A DNA stretch of 64,000 nucleotides, from NCBI GenBank assembly GCA_049115635.1, contig JAGDZT010000002.1, positions 366,568 through 430,567 of the forward strand. The letters run 5' to 3'. This document shows, one piece after another, positions 58,734 to 64,000 of this stretch. The translations under genes were made by a program, and so were the position numbers. This DNA comes from Flavobacteriaceae bacterium (GTDB taxonomy: Bacteria > Bacteroidota > Bacteroidia > Flavobacteriales > Flavobacteriaceae). The notes under the pieces are model-generated. The model made no database searches. It saw only the letters and a list, made by a program, of their open reading frames with translations, and was not told the DNA's origin. The first letter of the stretch is position 1; each line of letters starts with the position of its first letter.

Positions 58734-59183
58734 CTAGTTGTTTCTTTTCATTTGAATCACTTCAAAATCAGCTGTTTTTTCCATACCATCAAAAAGATGT
58801 TGAAACTTATCAGGAAGCCCTGTTAGTTTTCTTTTTTTTAAATCTAACCATGCCCCATAAACCTCAATAATAGCGGCTACTTTCCCAGCTTGATTAATAA
58901 TTTCATGACGAATTTTCCAACGTTCTCCGTTCTCTGACATGCCAGATAATTTTGCATTCCCAATTATATTTTCTCCCGTATGAATTTCTTTTCTAAAAGA
59001 AGTGTTTTCAGTAAATAATATAGGGCCTACGCCTTCTTTTGCAAAATCCTCTACAGGACAATTTGCATGTGCAAAATATCGAATACGTACTTCCGCGGCA
59101 TAATCATTATAAGCTGTATGACGCATATGTCTGTTTGGGTCAAAATCCGACCATTTTGTAGTAAATGTTACTTGGTAACTCAT
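58734..59183 (-). CDS. Acyl-CoA thioesterase (4HBT hotdog fold)
   Basis: DFDPNRHMRH..Y, GPILF, WLDLKKRK. Confidence 0.9.
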   Translation of the reverse strand: MSYQVTFTTKWSDFDPNRHMRHTAYNDYAAEVRIRYFAHANCPVEDFAKEGVGPILFTENTSFRKEIHTGENIIGNAKLSGMSENGERWKIRHEIINQAGKVAAIIEVYGAWLDLKKRKLTGLPDKFQHLFDGMEKTADFEVIQMKRNN

Positions 59184-59187
59184 AGTA

Positions 59188-60267
59188 TTAACTTTTTACA
59201 TCTAAGGCATCACGTAATGCATTTCCAATCAACATAAAAGCCATTACTAAACTCATAATAGCTAGACCAGGAATTAATGCAAGATACGGTTTACCTAATA
59301 TAATATAATTATAATGATTTTTTATCATAGCGCCCCAAGATGGAGTAGGTGGCTGAGCACCAATTCCTAAAAAGCTTAACCCGCTTTCTATAAGGATTGC
59401 TGCGGCAAAATTTGCAGCAGAGATTACAATCACTGGCGCTAATATATTTGGTAAAATATGTCGAAAAATGATTCTGAAATTAGAATATCCTAAAGCCCTA
59501 GCTGCTTCTACATATTGGAGTTGCTTGGTGCCCATTACCTGACCTCTAACTACTCTAGCAACTTCTACCCACATGGTTAGTCCTACGGCGATAAAGACTT
59601 GCCAATACCCTTTACCTAACGCTAGAGTAATTGCAATTACTAATAGAAGCGTTGGGATAGACCAAGTGATGTTAATCAGCCACATAATAAAGGTATCAAT
59701 CTTTCCTCCAAAATAACCAGCAGTGGCGCCAATAGAAATTCCAATAAATAACGAAATAAAAACGGCAATGAATCCTATGAAAAAAGAAATACGGGTTCCA
59801 ATAATTAACCTGCTTAAAACATCTCTCCCATATTTATCTGTCCCAAAATAGAAGGTTTTAGTTTGAATATATTTTTCTGGTAGGTTGTTTATGCGAGTAA
59901 GAGAGATTTCTTTAGTCAGCCCGTCTGCATAGTTTATATAAGAAAGTTGCTCTCCAATGATAGTGTAAGATTTTATTGGAATTTCGGTATCTGTATTTTG
60001 CTTCCCGTTTTTTAAAATAGATAGCCATGATTGATCTATTTCATTTTCAGATGGAATGGTTAACATTAATGTAGAAAAACCAGGTTTTTTAGAATGAATT
60101 TCTAAATGCATTTGATTTGCATTGCTACTGTTATCTGGTGCTAAAGCATATCCAAATATAGCAATCATACCTAAAAAAATAACAAAAATTAGACTAGCAT
60201 AGCCAATCTTACTTTGCTTAAATTTTTGAAAAGCTAATTGAGAAAGAGATTTGGATTGTTCAGACAT
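59188..60267 (-). CDS. ABC peptide transporter permease (OppC/DppC type)
   Basis: GTDKYGRDVLSRL, YVEAARALG, HILPN, SFLGIG..PP.PSWG. Confidence 0.93.
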   Translation of the reverse strand: MSEQSKSLSQLAFQKFKQSKIGYASLIFVIFLGMIAIFGYALAPDNSSNANQMHLEIHSKKPGFSTLMLTIPSENEIDQSWLSILKNGKQNTDTEIPIKSYTIIGEQLSYINYADGLTKEISLTRINNLPEKYIQTKTFYFGTDKYGRDVLSRLIIGTRISFFIGFIAVFISLFIGISIGATAGYFGGKIDTFIMWLINITWSIPTLLLVIAITLALGKGYWQVFIAVGLTMWVEVARVVRGQVMGTKQLQYVEAARALGYSNFRIIFRHILPNILAPVIVISAANFAAAILIESGLSFLGIGAQPPTPSWGAMIKNHYNYIILGKPYLALIPGLAIMSLVMAFMLIGNALRDALDVKS

Positions 60268-60272
60268 CTTTA

Positions 60273-60303
60273 CAAAAGTAAAAAACCTGATAGGTTACAC
60301 AAA
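60273..60303 (-). promoter_or_regulatory. Consensus sigma70 promoter overlapping upstream terminator
   Basis: TTTG-N19-TACTTTTG on the minus strand, ending 5 nt before ATG 60267. Confidence 0.65.
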
Positions 60304-60317
60304 CTTATCAGGTTTTT
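60281..60317 (-). terminator. Terminator after S41 protease
   Basis: aaaaacctgata / tatcaggttttt inverted repeat. Confidence 0.8.
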
Positions 60318-60337
60318 TAGCGATGATTATTAATACT

Positions 60338-62452
60338 TTAATTCTTTACGATTTCATTTTTAGATTTTAACCTCAATGCACTTAAAACATTTAATGCTTC
60401 ATTAACATACATATCTTTTGCAAGGTTTTGATGCCATCTTTCTCTTTTTAACTTTAAATCGGCGTTGTTATCTAAAGAAGCTAACTCATATTTAGGGGAG
60501 GTAAATGTTAAGTCAGATTTAAATTTGAAAACAGATTTAAATTTCTCGGCATATTTTTCTCTTATAGATAAATCTTTCGTGTATGTTTTATAGTTTAAAG
60601 AATAAGACGTATCGTCTTGTTCTTCCTTTAACCATTTTGCATATTCATTTACTAACATAAACTTGCTATTACTTGCAATTCTTTCTTTACTGTTGTTTAC
60701 TACATCTGAAAAGTTATCATAAGTATTGGTTTTTACATATTTTGCTTGTGATACTTTATCCCATGCCAAAGCGCCTTCCATATCTCGTTCTCCAAATTTC
60801 ATATAACTATATCTACTTGGCATTGCAATATCTGAATAGACTCCTTCGGCTTGTGTAGAGCCTCCATTTACTCGATAAAATTTTTGAATAGTCATCTTTA
60901 AAAAACCAATATCTTTATTATAATTAGGATAGAATTGATTCATCGGGATTACTTGTTGTACTGTACCCTTTCCATAAGTTTGATTTCCCCCTAAAATTAC
61001 AGCTCTATTGTAGTCTTGCATGGCAGCTGCTAAAATTTCTGATGCAGAAGCAGATAGTTCATTTACTAAAATAACCAGTTTACCTTCCCATTGTGTTTTA
61101 GGATCTTTATCATTTCGTACAATTGGGTCTTCTCCTCTAAATTTTACTTGAACTACTGGCCCTTCTTTTATAAATAAACCAGCAATTTCGATAGCAGTTT
61201 TTAAAGATCCACCACCATTATTTCTAAGGTCAATTAAAAGACCATCTACATTTTCTGCTTTGAGCCTTTCAATTTCTTTTTCCATATCCTTAGCAGAATC
61301 ACTTTGGGTTATATCGGTAAAATCAATATAAAACTTAGGAAGATCAATGATGCCGTATTTTTTTCCATTTTTAATTACCACAGAAGATTTAACAAATGTT
61401 TCTTCTAACTCAACCACATCTCTAATTATAGAAATGACTCTAGTGGAACCGTCAATTTTTTTCTTAACAGTTAATTTAACTTCGGTCCCTTTAGGACCTT
61501 TAATAAATTTAATAGCATCATCTAATCGCATTCCAACAATGTCTAAAGGATCTTTGTCTGCCTGAGCAACTTTTAAGATAATATCACCAGCTTCTAATTC
61601 TCCTTGTTTCCATGCTGGTCCGCCAGATACTAATTCAACAATATGAGTATAGATTCCTTTCTTTTGTAATCTAGCCCCAATACCTTCTAATTTTCCAGAC
61701 ATATCTTGATCAAAACGCTCTTTTATCCTCGGAGCCATATAAGAAGTATGCGGATCAAACCCACCAACAACAGTATTTAAGAAGGTAGAAAACCAATCTT
61801 CATGTTCTAATTCTTCTATTCTAATATACAACTCATTCATGTTTTTAAGAACTTCAGCTCTTGCTTCTTTTTCTAAAACTTTAAATGGTGCTTTTTTATA
61901 ATTTTTATCTTTCTTTGCTTTTTCGTTTTGTAATTCTTCTTTTTCTTGAATTTTACTAATGGTTTGTAGTTTTAACTGCTTTCTCCAATAATCGATTAAT
62001 TGATTTTCATTTTCTGCAAAAGGAACTTTATCAAAATCAATATTGATACTTTCTTTTTTATTATAATTAAAAGGCTCCTCTAAAAGTTTTCCGTAATAAT
62101 TTTTTGCAGATTTTATTTTCTGAATAAAACGGCTATAAACAAGATTGTAAAAACTTAAATTATTTTCTTTTAATTGGTTGTCAATTTGATATTTATACTT
62201 AGAGAACTTTTTAATATCCTGTTGGGTAAAGTATCGTTTAGAGGGGTCTAATCCATCAATAAAATTTTTGAAAACTAATTCTGAAAAATCATCATTTAAG
62301 TCTTTCTCAACAAAATGTCCACGAGTAAGCATATTTTTTAATACATAGATAATTATTTTATCTTTTTCTGGATCGTTACTATTGTTGGCTTGAATATTTG
62401 TTCCTAGTAGTAATAAAAAGGCTAGGAAAGGGATGATAAATTTCGTCTTCAT
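60338..62452 (-). CDS. Carboxy-terminal processing protease (S41A, Prc/Tsp type)
   Basis: DPHTSY, GIGA, PDZ domain, DLRNNGGG, SASASEI, YGKGTVQ. Confidence 0.95.
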   Translation of the reverse strand: MKTKFIIPFLAFLLLLGTNIQANNSNDPEKDKIIIYVLKNMLTRGHFVEKDLNDDFSELVFKNFIDGLDPSKRYFTQQDIKKFSKYKYQIDNQLKENNLSFYNLVYSRFIQKIKSAKNYYGKLLEEPFNYNKKESINIDFDKVPFAENENQLIDYWRKQLKLQTISKIQEKEELQNEKAKKDKNYKKAPFKVLEKEARAEVLKNMNELYIRIEELEHEDWFSTFLNTVVGGFDPHTSYMAPRIKERFDQDMSGKLEGIGARLQKKGIYTHIVELVSGGPAWKQGELEAGDIILKVAQADKDPLDIVGMRLDDAIKFIKGPKGTEVKLTVKKKIDGSTRVISIIRDVVELEETFVKSSVVIKNGKKYGIIDLPKFYIDFTDITQSDSAKDMEKEIERLKAENVDGLLIDLRNNGGGSLKTAIEIAGLFIKEGPVVQVKFRGEDPIVRNDKDPKTQWEGKLVILVNELSASASEILAAAMQDYNRAVILGGNQTYGKGTVQQVIPMNQFYPNYNKDIGFLKMTIQKFYRVNGGSTQAEGVYSDIAMPSRYSYMKFGERDMEGALAWDKVSQAKYVKTNTYDNFSDVVNNSKERIASNSKFMLVNEYAKWLKEEQDDTSYSLNYKTYTKDLSIREKYAEKFKSVFKFKSDLTFTSPKYELASLDNNADLKLKRERWHQNLAKDMYVNEALNVLSALRLKSKNEIVKN

Positions 62453-62655
62453 AAATCTTCTGTCGTTTTAAAAAGTTAATAATTACATTTACGAACTATG
62501 CTAAGGTACTAAAATGATGCCAAATTTTTTTGACTGAATTATTTAATATTTGACCTATACAATGTTACTTAAAATAGCTAGAAAATAATCTTTATAAAAT
62601 GTTAAAATAAGTTCGATATATTTCGCTTATTTTTGTTAGAAATATATATTTAACT

Positions 62656-63426
62656 ATGAGTAAAAGACCATTAATTTTAGTTACAAATGACGATGGAATT
62701 ACGGCGCCAGGTGTGCGTTCTTTGATAAGAATAATGAATAAGATTGGAGATGTTGTTGTAGTGGCTCCTGATAGTCCGCAAAGCGGAATGGGGCATGCCA
62801 TTACTGTTGACAATGTGTTGCACTGTAATCCCATAACAGTAGATGATGGACCACAAATAGAATATAGTTGTTCTGGAACGCCAGCAGATTGCGTAAAAAT
62901 GGCTATCAATGAGATTCTAAATAGAAAGCCAGACTTATGTGTGTCTGGAATCAACCATGGTTCAAATTCATCGATTAATGTTATTTATTCAGGAACGATG
63001 AGTGCTGCAGTAGAAGCTGGTATAGAAGGTGTTCCAGCAATTGGGTTTTCTCTGTTAGATTTTAAGTGGCATGCAGATTTTAAGGCATCTGAAGAATTTA
63101 TTAAAAAGATTACATTAAGCGCTCTAGAAAACGGAATTCCTGAAGCTACCGTACTCAATGTGAATATTCCTAAACTTGAAAAAAAGGACATTAAAGGAAT
63201 AAAAATTTGTAGACAGGCAAATGGTTACTGGAAAGAAGATTTTGATAAACGAACAAGTCCTTTTGGTAAAGAATATTACTGGTTATCGGGAGAGTTTATC
63301 AATAAAGATAAAGGAGAAGATACCGATATTTGGGCCTTAGAAAATGGATATATTTCAGTAGTGCCTGTTCAATTTGATTTAACAGCACATCATATGATTC
63401 AAAAAATTAACTCATGGGACCTGTAA
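62656..63426 (+). CDS. surE: 5'/3'-nucleotidase SurE
   Basis: LVTNDDG, QSGMG, GTPADCV, SGINHG.N, YSGT..AA. Confidence 0.97.
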   Translation: MSKRPLILVTNDDGITAPGVRSLIRIMNKIGDVVVVAPDSPQSGMGHAITVDNVLHCNPITVDDGPQIEYSCSGTPADCVKMAINEILNRKPDLCVSGINHGSNSSINVIYSGTMSAAVEAGIEGVPAIGFSLLDFKWHADFKASEEFIKKITLSALENGIPEATVLNVNIPKLEKKDIKGIKICRQANGYWKEDFDKRTSPFGKEYYWLSGEFINKDKGEDTDIWALENGYISVVPVQFDLTAHHMIQKINSWDL

Positions 63427-63701
63427 AAAAAGGAATTCTAATAGGCTTTTTAGTTTCGTTGTTTTCTACAGCCTGTGGAGTGTATTTGTACCTACAATAT
63501 TTTTCAAAATATAGTTTTGATGTTACATTGAATATGATAAAGGAAGGAGATTTGTATGGACAAGTTTTATCCTTAGCCGCCCTGCCCAACCTATTTGTAT
63601 TCTTTATTTTTATAAAGAAAAAGCAAGACTATAGAGCCAGAGGAGTTTTAATTGCTTCTATTTTAACGGCTTTAGTTACCTTTGTATTGAAACTATTTTA
63701 A
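63414..63701 (+). CDS. Small multi-TM hypothetical protein
   Basis: Three hydrophobic segments; sits between surE and lpxB. Confidence 0.75.
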   Translation: MGPVKKGILIGFLVSLFSTACGVYLYLQYFSKYSFDVTLNMIKEGDLYGQVLSLAALPNLFVFFIFIKKKQDYRARGVLIASILTALVTFVLKLF

Positions 63702-63725
63702 GAAATTAGTTTTCATTAATACTAT

Positions 63726-64000
63726 ATGAAATACTATATCATAGCTGGCGAAGCATCTGGAGATTTACACGGCTCTAATTTGATAAAAGCATTGTTTGCA
63801 AAAGACAAAGATGCAGACATTAGATTTTGGGGAGGTGATTTAATGAATGCTGCTGGTGGGACTTTAGTAAAACACTATAAAGAGTTAGCATTTATGGGTT
63901 TTATTGAAGTGTTAATGAATGTTTCTACCATTTTTAAAAATATTTCTTTTTGTAAAAAAGACATTGCAAGCTTTAATCCAGATGTAATTATTTTTATTGA
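63726..64000 (+). CDS. lpxB: Lipid-A-disaccharide synthase (partial, runs off window; absent from ORF track)
   Basis: MKYYIIAGEASGDLHG, WGGDLM, LAFMGF.EV, PDVIIFI. Confidence 0.95.
   Translation, partial: MKYYIIAGEASGDLHGSNLIKALFAKDKDADIRFWGGDLMNAAGGTLVKHYKELAFMGFIEVLMNVSTIFKNISFCKKDIASFNPDVIIFI

Noticed and set aside
1080-62452. Window-wide peptidase cluster as one system
   Set aside because: The peptidases are scattered among unrelated housekeeping genes; normal for proteolytic Flavobacteriaceae
62507-62523. sigma54-like site TTGGCATCATTTTAGTA upstream of the S41 protease
   Set aside because: The -24 box fits but the -12 TTGC is missing; cannot be supported from sequence alone
2596-63589. 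Short antisense or nested ORFs in the track (e.g. 2596-2835, 3951-4163, 26692-27057, 40657-40992, 62592-62954)
   Set aside because: They overlap well-supported genes and show no protein motifs; shadow frames

Overview
AT-rich chromosomal segment from a marine-type Flavobacteriaceae bacterium (Polaribacter/Tenacibaculum-like; judged from gene content, TAnnTTTG promoters and lack of Shine-Dalgarno motifs). It holds about 55 CDSs and one tRNA-Leu(UAG). Housekeeping genes are folA, tag, ilvE, mnmD, ruvC, hemW, ade, an S41 protease, surE and partial lpxB. Other content: a complete 4-hydroxyproline catabolic operon with an embedded DUF885 lipoprotein, many peptidases (M24, M49, M20, S41, S12, M56, two M14), a LytS/LytTR pair, a BlaI/BlaR1 pair with visible operators, and a phosphoethanolamine-transferase pair. 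No integrase, transposase, CRISPR array, rRNA or prophage was seen. Most notable: (1) an integrase-less, cassette-like run of orphan secreted-protein genes (about 18.2-21.3 kb) separated by attC-like palindromes and abutting a truncated gene; (2) a tandem M14 pair in which one copy has lost its catalytic residues; (3) DUF885 inside the hydroxyproline operon; (4) a REP-linked duplication of the tRNA-Leu 3' end. Family assignments come from motif recognition by eye, not database searches.
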